Assembly: GCF_006345805.1 (NCBI RefSeq)
Contig: NC_043001.1
Coordinates: 17,360,001 to 17,424,000, forward strand
DNA length: 64,000 bases
Origin: Octopus sinensis
Lineage: Eukaryota
Reading direction: 5' to 3'
Numbering within the stretch: position 1 is the first letter of the stretch; the number at the start of each line of letters is the position of its first letter. Positions 25,466 through 38,435 of this stretch are shown piece by piece. The notes below the pieces were generated by a model, which searched no databases, was not told where the DNA came from, and saw only the letters and a program-made list of their open reading frames with translations. The translations under genes and the position numbers were made by a program.

Positions 25466-25777
25466 ATCATCATCATCATCATCGTCGTCGTTTAGCGTCC
25501 GCTTTCCATGCTAGCATAGGTTGGACGGTTCAATTGAGGTCTGAGAAGCCAGAAGGCTGCACCAGGCTCCAGTCTTATCTGGCAATGTTTCTACAGCTGG
25601 ATGCCCTTCCTAACGCCAACCACTCCGTGAGTGTAGTGGGTGCTTTTTACATGCCACCGGCACAGGTGCCAGACGAGGCTGGCAAACGGCCACGATCGGA
25701 TGGTGCTTTTTACGTGCCACCGGCACAGGGGCCAGGCGAGGCTGGCAACGGCCACGAACGGATGGTGCTTTTTACGC
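25466..25777 (-). mobile_element. Non-autonomous RTE-type element (family H) with (GAT)n tail
   Basis: Minus strand ggttggcgttaggaagggcatccagctgtagaaac (RTE bipartite-type motif), tail aagcggacgctaaacgacgacgatgatgat, three ggca(c/t)gtaaaaagcacc-type repeats. Confidence 0.65.
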
Positions 25778-26154
25778 CATATATATATATTATATATATA
25801 TATATATACTGTCCAGTATCGACGCGTTGAATAAAATTTATCTTTCTACTTGTTCTAAAAGTTTTATACATTTTATATATTTACTATTAACACTTATGCG
25901 GAGGCACATAACTTAGTGGTTAGAGCAGCAGACTCGCAGTCAAGGGTATAGCGGGTTCGAATCTCAGACCGGGCGACGTGTGTGTTTATGAGCGAAACAA
26001 CGAAGCTCCACGCTCGATGCTATTTTAGGATGGGATCGAAGTGTCACGAAAGTGCTTTGGTATGCGATCTATGCATATTTATCAATAACAAGGAAAACAC
26101 TTGTATCGATCTCGAGAGAATATCTGGTCAGAGAGTATGAAGCATAAGTGTTAA

Positions 26155-26470
26155 TAATGTTGTTGTTTTTGTTCCTTCTCGAGCCATGCCTGGCTCCTAA
26201 GGGCCGGTTTCCCGGTTTCATTGGCATATTGGTACCCCACCTGGACGGGACGCCGGTCCTTCGCAGGTGAGCTGCTAGTTGCAGGTGGAAAGAGTGAGAT
26301 AAGGTCGTAGCAAAAGAGTCAGCAGAAGTTCGCCATTACCTTCTGCCAGAGCCACGTGGAGCTCAAATGTTTCGCTCATAAACACACACGTTGCCCGGTC
26401 TGAGATTCGAACCCGCGATCCCCCCGACCGCGAGTCCGCTGCTCTAACCACTAGGCTATTTGTCTCCACA
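26155..26470 (-). mobile_element. SINE family F (head H1 plus tail T3); an H1 5' fragment lies at about 25897-26015 (+)
   Basis: Homologous to 59900-60178; tail gagccaggcatggctcgagaaggaacaaaaacaac. Confidence 0.85.
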
Positions 26471-26882
26471 TAAGAGTTAATAATAAATGTATAAAATGCA
26501 TAAAAATTTTAGAACAAATAGAAAGAAATTTTATTCAGCGCGTCAATACTGAACAGAATATATATAAAGGATGGAATACTTTTTCTGTTTAAAAAGAAAA
26601 GGATTTTACCTTATACATATATATATGTATATATATATAATATAATATATATATATTATATATATATATATATATATAATGAAGGATAAAATTTTTTCGA
26701 AAAAAATAAATTTTATCAATGGCCAGCATATTAAAAAAATACCTTTAACGGTTAAAATTAAAAACAATTATAAATAAGGGCAACGAAAAAATTTCTAATG
26801 CCAAGTATGCCGAAAATTGGACATATTGTCCATAACCATATAATTGTGTTTGAAAAATTTATATATATAACTTATTTATAAG

Positions 26883-26915
<33 letters not shown>

Positions 26916-27614
26916 AAATAAGCAACAAGGATATCCAAGGTAAAGTAGTACAATTGTTTCATGCTACTTCATTTTATTAAACACTATAAGTATTATATCA
27001 GTTTTAAAAAGTCGGGCAATCTTCAGTCACATATAAAACTTTTCAATTAAGCGGACAATGCACATTCTTATGCTTATTTCATTTGCCAACATCACAAAGA
27101 GGGTAGATATATAGACAGAGAGGTTTTTTTCTTCATTAAGAACATGGTGGTAGTATGTTCTTCTTCATCTGTAGATTTATATATATATATACACACACAC
27201 ACACACTGTTTAGTGTCTTCGCGTTAAATAGAATTTATCTGTCTACTTGTTCTACAGTACATTTCAACGCTTCGAAAACAAACTTGTTTGTTTACATACG
27301 ACATAACTTACAAAAATTTTAAATTATCTATTTTTTTAGTTTTCTAGCTGATGTTCGTTCGATTCGCCTGTTCATTCGATTCACCCATAAATTTAGTAAA
27401 CTTGTTTCAAATCTGCTTCATTTTAAGTTGTTGTTTTTTTTTTAAATAAATGTACAAAAATGTAAGAATGTTTTATTTAAACCATAATAAATAAATGAAA
27501 CATGTCGATCGCATACTAAAGTAGAATTTGACTCTTGTAGATTACGTTGGCTATGTAGATCGCATACCAAAAGTAGCACTCCTTTACTATTTTCCTAAGC
27601 GTTTGACATTTACA

Positions 27615-27860
27615 GGCGCTGGCATGGCTGTGTGGTAAGGAGCTTGCTTCCCAACCACATGGTTCCGGGTTCAGTCCCACTGCGTGGCACTTTGGGCAAG
27701 TTTCTTTTTCTATAGCCTCAAGCCAACCAAATCCTTGTGAGTGGATTTGGTTGACAGAAACTGAAAGAAGTCAGTCGTATTTTTGTTTTTACTTTCCCCT
27801 TACATTTCCACGTGTAGTTTCCATTTTCTTTTTGTAACATATTTCTATTATATATATATA

Positions 27861-27911
<51 letters not shown>

Positions 27912-28068
27912 GTTTGTGTGTGTGTGTGTGCGTGTGTTTGTGTGTACTGTGTATTTTTATTTGTGTTTGTCCCTCACACCATCGCTTGACAACCGATGCT
28001 GGTGTGTTTATGTCCCCGAAACCTGGCGGCTCGACAAAAGAAAACCGATAGAGTAAGCACTAGGCTTA
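27615..28068 (+). mobile_element. SINE family A, 3' truncated
   Basis: ggcgctggcatggctgtgtggtaagg head, internal TG tract. Confidence 0.85.
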
Positions 28069-28083
28069 ATTGTTCACATGTAT

Positions 28084-28290
28084 ATGGCGTAGCGGTTAAG
28101 AGCGCGGGCTACTAACCGAGTTCGATTCCAGGCAGTGACCTGAATAATCATGACAATAATAACATGTATAATAACAGTAATAACAATAATAACATGTACC
28201 TAATTACCTTAGGTTCGAAATTTCCCAAAGACACCTGATGAAGTCTGGAGGTTATATGAGCCGAAACGTTGTGTTAACAAACAGGATGTG
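28084..28290 (+). mobile_element. tRNA-headed element ending in a minimal hammerhead-like motif
   Basis: A-box tggcgtagcgg (28085), B-box gttcgattcc (28120), (AAT)-rich linker, acac-CTGATGA-stem II-GAAAC-GTT-gtgt at 28231-28274. Confidence 0.6.
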
Positions 28291-28448
28291 AATAATGCAT
28301 AAAGAATGGGGTCGATTTCTTCGACTAAAGGCGGTTGTGAAACCTGTAAAAGAGTAACCAACTCTTTAAGATATTTAATCTGTTAACCTGAGAAGATACC
28401 GACTTTGTCGCGATTTCTTTCTTCGTCTTATCGAAACTCTCCAAATGT

Positions 28449-28834
28449 TGGAAGCACTCCGTCGGTTACGACGACGAGGGTTCCCGTTGATCCGAATCAA
28501 CGGAACAGCCTGCTCGTGAAATTAACTTGTAAGTGGCTGAGCACTCCACAGACACGTGTACCCTTAACGTAGTTCTCGGGGATATTCATCGTGACACAGA
28601 GAGTGACAAGGCCGGCCCTTTGAAATACAGGTACAACAGAAACAGGAAGTAAGAGTGAGAGAAAGTTGTGGTGAAAGAGTACAGCAGGGATCACCACCAT
28701 CCCCTGCCGGAGCCTCGTGGAGCTTTTAGGTGTTTTCGCTCAATAAACACTCACAACGCCCGGTCTGGGAATCGAAACCGCGATCCTATGACCGCGAGTC
28801 CGCTGCCCTAACCACTGGGCCATTGCGCCTCCAC
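28449..28834 (-). mobile_element. SINE family C, full length
   Basis: Reverse complement of 5229-5611. Confidence 0.9.
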
Positions 28835-29040
28835 ACACACACATATGTATCACATGTTTGAATTGATACTGCAAAGAAACGTATTGTCCTTTCCTGCTAA
28901 TCAATTCCCTTATCTAAATGAACAACAGTTTCAACAGTTCGAATAGATGTTACGCTCCCAGTAAATGCTTACTTCGCTTAAAGCACAAACATGAAAACAA
29001 AAATAACAGCTGAAACATGATGGGAGTTCATTCATTCACA

Positions 29041-29445
29041 TAGGCGCAGGAGTGGCTGTGTGGTAAGTAACTTGCTTACCAACCACATGGTTCCGGGTTC
29101 AGTCCCACAGTATGGCACTTTGGGCAAGTATCTTCTGCTATAGCCTCGGGCCGACCAAAGCCTTTTGAGTGGATTTGGTAGACGGAAACTGAAAAAGAAG
29201 CCCGTCGTGTGTATGTATATATGTATATATGCGTGTGTTTGTTTGTGTGTCTGTGTTTGTCCCCCTAGCATTGCTTGACAACCGATGCTGGTGTGTTTAT
29301 GTCCCCGTTACTTAGCGGTTCGACAAAAGAGACCGATAGAGTAAGTACTGGGCTTACAAAAAAAATAAGTCCCGGGGTCGAGATTAAAAGGCGGTGCTCC
29401 AGCATAGCCGCAGTCAAATGACTGAAACAAGTAAAAGAGTAACAG
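29041..29445 (+). mobile_element. SINE family A, full length
   Basis: taggcgcaggagtggc head to gtaaaagagtaacagag tail. Confidence 0.9.
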
Positions 29446-29737
29446 AGTATACAAACACAGAAACCTAAATCTAAAGATGAATTGTTTCGATTGTTGCGTG
29501 AAAAGCGGGCCTCAAGAGACAATCACAAAGCTCATCAGTTCAATGCCAAAAAGAGTTTCTGATTTAAAGAACTGTAAAGGGAATGTCAACTAAATACTAA
29601 AGTATGTAGTCCTGCCTATCGATTACAATTCAAATGTTCGCTTTGCGTATTAAATAAAAGATTTTGAAAATTAAAGGTGTCTGTTTACTCCCTGCAAGTT
29701 TGTGTACATACATACATACATACATACATACATACAT

Positions 29738-29768
<31 letters not shown>

Positions 29769-29792
29769 TACACACACACACACATACATATA

Positions 29793-29912
29793 TATATTAA
29801 AATTATAACTTAGGGTATCCACGAGATACCGCCATGCTGAAAATAGCAGCCAGGGTCTGCTATTTTCAGCATGGCGATATCTCGTAGACACCCTAAATTA
29901 TAATTTTAATAA
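29793..29912. repeat. Short fold-back (about 56-bp arms), same family as 7153-7797
   Basis: tattaaaattataacttagggt...aaatagcag / ctgctatttt...accctaaattataattttaata; shared downstream flank tacctttg...catgctggccacttgata. Confidence 0.8.
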
Positions 29913-30045
29913 TAATTATTACCTTTGAAGGTTTTTATTTCCATGCTGGCCACTTGATATAAGATCGTTATTTAATTTAATTTAACGATCTTATCCTTAT
30001 ATATATATATATTATATATATATATATATTATATATATATATATC

Positions 30046-30102
<57 letters not shown>

Positions 30103-30399
30103 TGTGTGTTTGTGGGTGCGTATGTGTGCACATTTACGACAGGCTTCTTTCAATTTCCGCCTACAAATCCACTCACAAAGTGGTCGTTCCGAGACTAAAA
30201 CAGAAAACCCTTGCCCCCGAGGCGCCACGCAATAGGAATGAACCCGAAACCATGAAATTGGAAAGCAGTCTCCTACCACACTGCCACACCTGCACCTATA
30301 AAGCTTATCTTCTATAACATTTCTACCCTCAATCATACGTTCATGCAAATGGACTATTAAAATCCTGGTTCAGTTGGAAACCCCCATTATCTCTATCTA

Positions 30400-31083
30400 T
30401 TGGGTTGGTGCATAATTATTGCGGCCTTTTTTTCAACAAATTTTATTCAACAAAAACAATAACAACATGTAACAAAAACATCATTAAATGATTATTCCGG
30501 AGCATATTCACCATCTACTTCAATTACTGCTTCCCATTTGCTTGGCAGACGGTCAGACAGTTATTTAAAGATGTAAGGCGGCGAGCTGGCAGAAACGTTA
30601 GCGCACCGGGTGAAATGCTTATTGGTATTTTGTCTGCCGTTACGTTCTGAGTTCAAGTTCTGCTTAGGTCGACTTTGCCTTTCATCATTTTGGGGTTGAT
30701 AAATTAAGTACCAGTTACGCACTGGGGTCGATATAATCGACTTAATCCGTTTGTTGGTCCTTGTTTGTCTCTTCTGTGTTTAGCCCCTTGTGGGTAGTAA
30801 AGAAATAGGTATTTCATCTGCCGTTACGTTCTAAGTTCAAATTCCGCCGAGGTTAACTTTGCGTTTCATCTTTTCGGGGTCGATAAATTAAGTACCAGTT
30901 ACGCACTGGGGTCGATATAATCGACATAATCCGTTTGTCTGTCCTTGTTTGGCCTCTCTGTGTTTAGCCCCTTGTGGGTAGTAAAGAAATAAGTTATTTA
31001 AAGGTGTTTTGTTAAATATTGTTATTGGTTTTGTTGAAAAAAATTAGCTGAAAATAAGCCGCAATAATTATGCACCAACTCAA
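30400..31083 (-). mobile_element. mariner non-autonomous element containing a nested SINE B dimer (30575-30991, +)
   Basis: 26-bp TIR ttgggttggtgcataattattgcggc / gccgcaataattatgcaccaactcaa, TA flanks, C-terminus DRLPSKWEAVIEVDGEYAPE*; SINE TSD agttatttaaag at 30559 and 30992. Confidence 0.9.
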
Positions 31084-31267
31084 TAGATTTTGCAATTGTA
31101 TGCACCATAACACATCAAGAAATGCTTTTATTCGCGATGGACCTCAATTCGTTTTTTTTTTTAATATTTGTTTTTTCTTCTTTCTATCTCCATGCTTTTG
31201 TTTATTAATCTATTTGTTATTGATTTTGTATTTTCATTCTCTTACCTGTAATTTTTTTTCTTTCCAG

Positions 31268-31347
31268 GTCTTCTTCTTCATCGTTGATAAACAGTACAGA
31301 CAGCATCTGTTACTGGCGAGCGAGAATGGCTTGGCAACACGCTTTAA
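31268..31347 (+). other. Possible isolated 80-nt exon
   Basis: Strong polypyrimidine tract ttttttttctttccag| acceptor, |gtaact donor, open in two frames, ATG in gagaATGG context; no homology recognised. Confidence 0.3.
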
Positions 31348-31829
31348 GTAACTATTTCAGGCCCTGTGTAGTAGCCAGCACACATATACGCCCTCTCAGA
31401 CCCCTTGCCTTTGAATCAAAGGTATTTAGGATGTGACAGCTGAAGGTAGAGAAAGAGACAGCTGTACGAGCCCCGGGCCGCAACCCATTTCCGGCTGAAT
31501 AGACTGGAATCATGTTACAATCGCAGTCTTCTCTTATCAGTCAAGTTTCCAAATTATCCTTACAGTTTCGTCCGGTTGCACTTGAGACCGTTCAAATCTG
31601 GCTGGTCTCAAAAATCTAAGCTAAGAGCATTGAATTTTTTGAATGAAAGGAAGCGAATGCGTATCGACGACAAAAACGGAGAAAATGTTACACAATTACA
31701 AATACAAACAACAAGAAAATAACAACAGGCGTCTTTTGACTAATAAAGACTAATAAAGTTCAGCTGGCGTGGGTAGAGTGAAAGCTTTGAGGCAGGAGCA
31801 TAGGAGATGAATATAAAAGATGAAAGTGT

Positions 31830-32503
31830 AACCGGCTGAAACTGATATTTTTATAGACAACCCATTTCTTGTCACCAGTCACTAATCGGTCCCAAACAAA
31901 GTTCATTCGTGAGAGGCGACAGCAAAGACGAGCACATATTCACTCTCTGCGCATGATTAGATTCGCAAAGTTTCTGAGGAATCCATTGCTGACTTTACCG
32001 ATGGCACGCAGGGTGTCAATGAATGGTTGAATGACAAAATCTAAGCTTCTCTGCTAGTTTCTCAACAGTTACGATGGGATTTTGTTCCACCAGTGTTTGC
32101 AGGACGTTCTTGTCGAACTCTACAGATCTTCCAGGACGTGGCTCGTCAACTAGATTGTAGTTTCCGGCACGGAATTTCTGGAACCACCATTGACACTGGC
32201 TTACGCTTATTGTCCGATCCCCATATGCCGCATTAATATTCCTCGCACTTTCCGTTGCATTGTTGCCTTTATTGAACTCATAGAACAAAATATGCCGAAT
32301 ATGCTGCTTTGTCACTTCCATTATAGCATTGAAACAATAACTGTTAAAATCGAACTGCACTCTTCAAAACTCGCACTAAGAATAAGGGAGAGGTAAAATG
32401 ACTACTTGCTTTTATAGCAAGTTGATGCAGGTAGTTTATCCCATACCCCTCTGACTTTTAGCTCATGCATTGATAAAACCGCATTATTTATGGGTTGTAC
32501 CAA
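31830..32503 (-). mobile_element. mariner transposase pseudogene, 5' half
   Basis: TIR ttggtacaacccataaataatgcgg with TA; MEVTKQHIRHILFYEFNKGNNATESARNINAAYG...WFQKFRAGNYNLVDEPRPGR HTH; downstream WIPQKL (WVPHEL-like) and LVTGDKKW remnants. Confidence 0.92.
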
Positions 32504-32531
32504 TACACACACATACACACGCCACACCACA

Positions 32532-33180
<649 letters not shown>

Positions 33181-33254
33181 TAGTAATTTGTGGTAAATCA
33201 TTTTACCTTTGCCCATATAATACAGTAAATGAATTGATTGCATCGCAATCATTA

Positions 33255-33530
33255 ACATTTATGTATTAACTTTGTTGAGTACTTCACTAGCAGTATATTG
33301 GATATACGTTATCCCATAGAGGGTTGCATTTACAACCCCTATCTCAATTTGTTTCGCCCGCTTCGGTATCTTTCCTTCTTTCTTCTTTCTTCCTTCTCTT
33401 ATGTTTCCGACGAAGAGCTCCGCTCGAAACGTCATACCCTCCTTCTTCCATTTTTCCTGAGCGCCTAATAATAATAATACTTTAATTGTTCCACGTGTTG
33501 TTGTTTTTTGTTTTCCCGTTTGGATTAACC
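33255..33530 (+). mobile_element. Penelope-like terminal repeat fragment with hammerhead-like motif (about 33400-33436)
   Basis: gttt-CCGACGA-a-gagc tcc gctc-GAAAC-GTC-atac. Confidence 0.6.
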
Positions 33531-33554
33531 TTATATATATATATATATATATTC

Positions 33555-33920
33555 TATTATTTGTTCGAGTCATTTGACTTTAATCGAACAAATAGACCCC
33601 AAGACTTATTCTTTGTAAGACTAGTATTTATTCTATCGGTTCCTTTTGCCGAACCGCTAGTTTACGGGGACGTAAACACACCAACATCGGTTATCAAGCG
33701 GTGTAGGGTGCGCAAACAAACCACACAAATGCATACATACATATATATATATACATATATATACGACAGGCTTTTTTCAGTTTCCGTTTACCAAATCCAC
33801 TCACAAGGCTTTGGTAGGCCTGATGTTATTGTAGAAAACAGTTGCCCAAAGTGTCATGCTGTGGGACTGAACCTGGAATCATGTGGTTGGGAAGCAAGCT
33901 TCGCAACACACAGGCACATC
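33555..33920 (-). mobile_element. SINE family A
   Basis: Reverse-complement family A body and head (gtgggactgaacctggaatcatgtgg). Confidence 0.85.
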
Positions 33921-34027
33921 TACGACTATATCCATACATACATACATATACATACATATATATGTATATATGTATATATATATATATATTGTATATATAT
34001 ATATATACATATATATATACACATATA

Positions 34028-34145
<118 letters not shown>

Positions 34146-34374
34146 CAAAATTTAGATTCAGATGAATATGGTACTTAAGTCAAAGGCATCAGAATTTTGT
34201 ATGGTATCATCCATATAAGTCCACGGGGTGATTATAATTGTCCGGTTGTTTGGAAAATTTCTAAAGGTGGCTGAAAATTGCTCGACATTTTAAAACTGAT
34301 GTAATGCTTACACTGTTTAATAATAGAAGTAGCATGAAACGATCGTACCACATTACCTCGGATATACTTGTTGC

Positions 34375-34411
<37 letters not shown>

Positions 34412-34414
<3 letters not shown>

Positions 34415-35443
34415 TTAATCCTTAAATCCTTAAAAATGTTTTAGCCCGAAGGCCGCGGTCATGCTGGGGCACCACCGCTGAATGAGCTACACTAGTTTGT
34501 GAATCCACCTCTGATACGTGGCACTTGATCAACAAGGGAGTTCGATGCTGCTGCCCGCATCCGTGTCTCCTGTCGTGAGGTAGGTTCATCTGGGACTCCC
34601 AACAAGAAGAGATCCAGTTTAGTTTTAAAGAAACCCACATCCACACCATGTAAGTCTCTCAGGCATTTAGGGAGGATGTTAAAGAGCTGTGGTCCTCTGA
34701 AACCCAAGCTGTTGCAGTATCTGGACCTGTATTTTGATGGTGATGTTGGAATCCTTGGCACCACGCAGCGGCGCCCCTTTCTGCGGTTGGAGTAACTTTG
34801 AATGCCAAAGTTTGGGACAAGACCCTCCAGGATTTTCCAGATGTATATCACTGCATATCTCTCCCGCCTCCGCTCCAGGGAGAAGAGGTTTAATACCTTC
34901 AGTCTTTCCCAGTAGCTGACATTTTGCATTGAGACGATTTTCTTTGTGTAGCTTCTCTGAGTTGCTTCGAGTTCTGCTGTTTGTTTTATATTGTGTGGTG
35001 ACCAAAGTTGGGAGCAGTAGTCCAAGCAGCTGAGGACAAATGTTTTCCATAGGACCATCAGTGTCTCCTTCTCTCTTGTTCTGAAAGTTCGGAGAATCCA
35101 TCCAGCTAGCCGTCTGCATTTTATCACCAGATTAGCAATATGCATTTGGAAAGATGCATCATTGCTCATGTCAATGCCCAGGTCACGCACTGATTTTGAC
35201 TCAGGGATTGCAATTCTTCCTGGGCCAGTGTATCCAGTCTTCACGTCATTTACCTTTGTGTGCCAGTAACGCAGGGCCTGGAACTTACCTGCATTAAACT
35301 GCATGTTGTTGTCCTCAGCCCACCTGTATATTGTGTCCAGCTCATGTTGCAGATGCGCAATATTTTCAGGGTTTTGTATTGCGTGGGAGACTTTTGTGTC
35401 ATCTGCATAGCTAGCAAGGGTGGTCATCGTAGCAATTGAAGGC
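34412..35443 (-). mobile_element. CR1/L2-group LINE, 5'-truncated; RT YADD motif to C-terminus in an unbroken ORF of about 315 aa; short 3' UTR and (AAGGATT)n tail
   Basis: YADDTK...LQHELDTIYRWAEDNNMQFNAGKFQ...VRDLGI...LDYCSQLWSP...LEATQR...YWERLKVLNLFSLERRRER; flanked by (TA)n on both sides. Confidence 0.92.
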
Positions 35444-35474
<31 letters not shown>

Positions 35475-36134
35475 GTGTGTGTGTGTGTGTATGTATGTAT
35501 ATATACATACATACATACATACATACATACATACATACATACATACATACATACATACATACATACATACATACATACACGAGGTCTGCATACAAATAGA
35601 AAAAATAGTCTACAGAACATACTCGGTTAAATTTTTAACGGGTTACGCTATCTGCAGTGTTAAAGACATGAATTTAGAAATAAAAACGAAGAGTTCCAGG
35701 AAGGAAGGAAGCACAATCGCACTAGCTTCAGAAAGAAGAAATGTGACGTGTGTAAATGATGCGTGATTTCCAGTACTGATATGAAAATGAGGAAATGGTA
35801 ATGAAAAGAAATTACAATATTTGTCATAAAACTTCTATGAAAAGATTATGAATCGTATAGCATAACATTTCTATGAAAGACAAACCACAGAGAGACAGAG
35901 TGGGCGAGGGAGAGAGAGAGAGGTGAGGGTGCAGTGTAAATAAAAATATTACGAAGATATGATTCTAGTAAAGGAAGTATAGACGGATTTCTAGGAACGA
36001 TAACACATACCACCGTCTCATTTGGGAGAGAGTTGTCAGGGGTGAATTTGGTTCAAATTCTTATTGAAGGACGAGGTCAAAGCGTTATACACGCACTTGC
36101 ACGGGTGCGCGAAGATGCTTTAAATATGAACTCT

Positions 36135-36657
<523 letters not shown>

Positions 36658-36939
36658 TGTATATATTTTGTGGTAAAGTATTGGTTTAAATTTTAATATA
36701 AGGCCAGCAATTTTAGATAAGTCAGTAGGTCGACTACATCGATCCTAGTGTTCAACTGGTACTTTTTTTCATTGACCCCGAAAGAGGTGAATTTGAGCTC
36801 AGAACGTAAAGACGGACAAAGTGCTGCTAAGCGCTTCATCCAGCGTGCTAACGATTCTGCCAACTCACCGCCTTTTTTTTTGTGCAATAATATTCTTTTC
36901 TACTCTAGAAACAAGGCCTGAAATTTTGGGAGGAGGAGC

Positions 36940-37345
36940 AGGAGTGGCTGTGTGGTAAGTAGCTTGTTTACTAACCGCATGGTTCCGGGTTCATCCCACT
37001 GCGTGGCACCTTGGGCAAGTGTCTTCTACTATAGCCTCGGGCCGATCAAAGCCTTGTGAGTGAATTTGGTAGACGGAAACTGAAAGAAGCCCCTCGTATA
37101 TATGTATATATATATGAATGTGTGTGTATATGTTTGTGTGTCTGTGTTTGTCCCCCCGGCATCGCTTGACAACCGATGCTGGTGGGTTTATGTCCCCGTT
37201 ACTTAGCGGTTCGGCAAAATAGACCGATAGAATAAGTACTAGGCTTATAAAAGAATAAGTCCTGGGGTCGAGTTTCTCGATTAAAGGCGGTGCTCCAGCA
37301 TGGCCGCAGTCAAATGACTGAAACAAGTAAAAGAGAGAGTAAAAG
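36940..37345 (+). mobile_element. SINE family A inserted in a B1 element (B1 parts at 36695-36875 and 36890-36935)
   Basis: Full family A body and tail. Confidence 0.88.
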
Positions 37346-37349
37346 AGAA

Positions 37350-37890
37350 AGAGAAAGAGAGTCGATTATATTGACACTAGTACGCAACTGGTACTTAATT
37401 CATCGACGCCCGAAAGGGTGAAAGGCAAAGCCGACCTCGGCGGAATTTGAACTCAGAATGTAAAGACTGACAAAATACCGCTAAGAATTTCGCCCGGTGT
37501 GCAAACGTTTCTTATTTCATTATTGCCCACAAAGAGCTAAACACAGAGAGGACAAAGAAAGAGATTAAGTCGATTATATCGACCCCAATGCGTAACTGGT
37601 ACTTAATTTATCGACCTCGGCGGAATTTGAGCTCAGAACGTAACGGCAGACGAAATGCCTATTTCTTTACTACCCACAAAAGGCTAAACACAGAGATGAC
37701 AAACAAGGACAGATAAAGGTATTAAGTCGATTAGCTCCACCCCAGTGCGTAACTGGTACTTAATTTATCGACCCCGAAGGAATGAAAGGCAAAGTCGACC
37801 TCGGCGGAATTTGAACTCAGAACGTAGCGGCAGACGAAATGCCGCTAAGCATTTTGCCCTGCGAGCTAACGTTTCTGCCAGCTCGCCGCT
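37350..37890 (-). mobile_element. SINE family B multimer
   Basis: Repeated B cores with aaatgcc|tatttctttac junction; head ...gttagctcgc...ctggcagaaac. Confidence 0.88.
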
Positions 37891-38435
37891 TTTTGTTTTG
37901 TGATATAACGTCAAAATTCAACTGCATGACGTTAAACCTGTAAGTCGTGTTACAAATTGCCTTAACGTTTCACGGTTAAAGCAGAAAGAAACTTCCTACT
38001 CGCTTAAACTCTCGATTTTATTTAATGTTTACAGTTAGGTAGGCGTATTTATAATATGATTCACTTAACCGATATTATGAGATAAAAACGGCAACAAACA
38101 ATTAAGCGCAATTATGCGTGATGTGTTTAATCTAGTGACAATTATGTAAGTACTCCTACTTACAATTGACATTCAATATCGTTAGTGTAACTTGTTCAAT
38201 AATGGCTTCAAATTTTAGCAAAAGACCAGGGAAGGGAGTAAGTTAGTACATTTCCACCAGTGCTCAACTGGTACTTAATTTATCGACTCAGAATGGATGA
38301 AAGGCAAAATCGACCGGCGCGGAATTTTTTACTTAAAACATTAAAGACGGACGAAATGTCGCTAAGCATTTCGTTCGGCGCGGTGACGATTCGGCCAGCT
38401 CACCGCCTTATGTATATTATATGATATGAGGTGTT

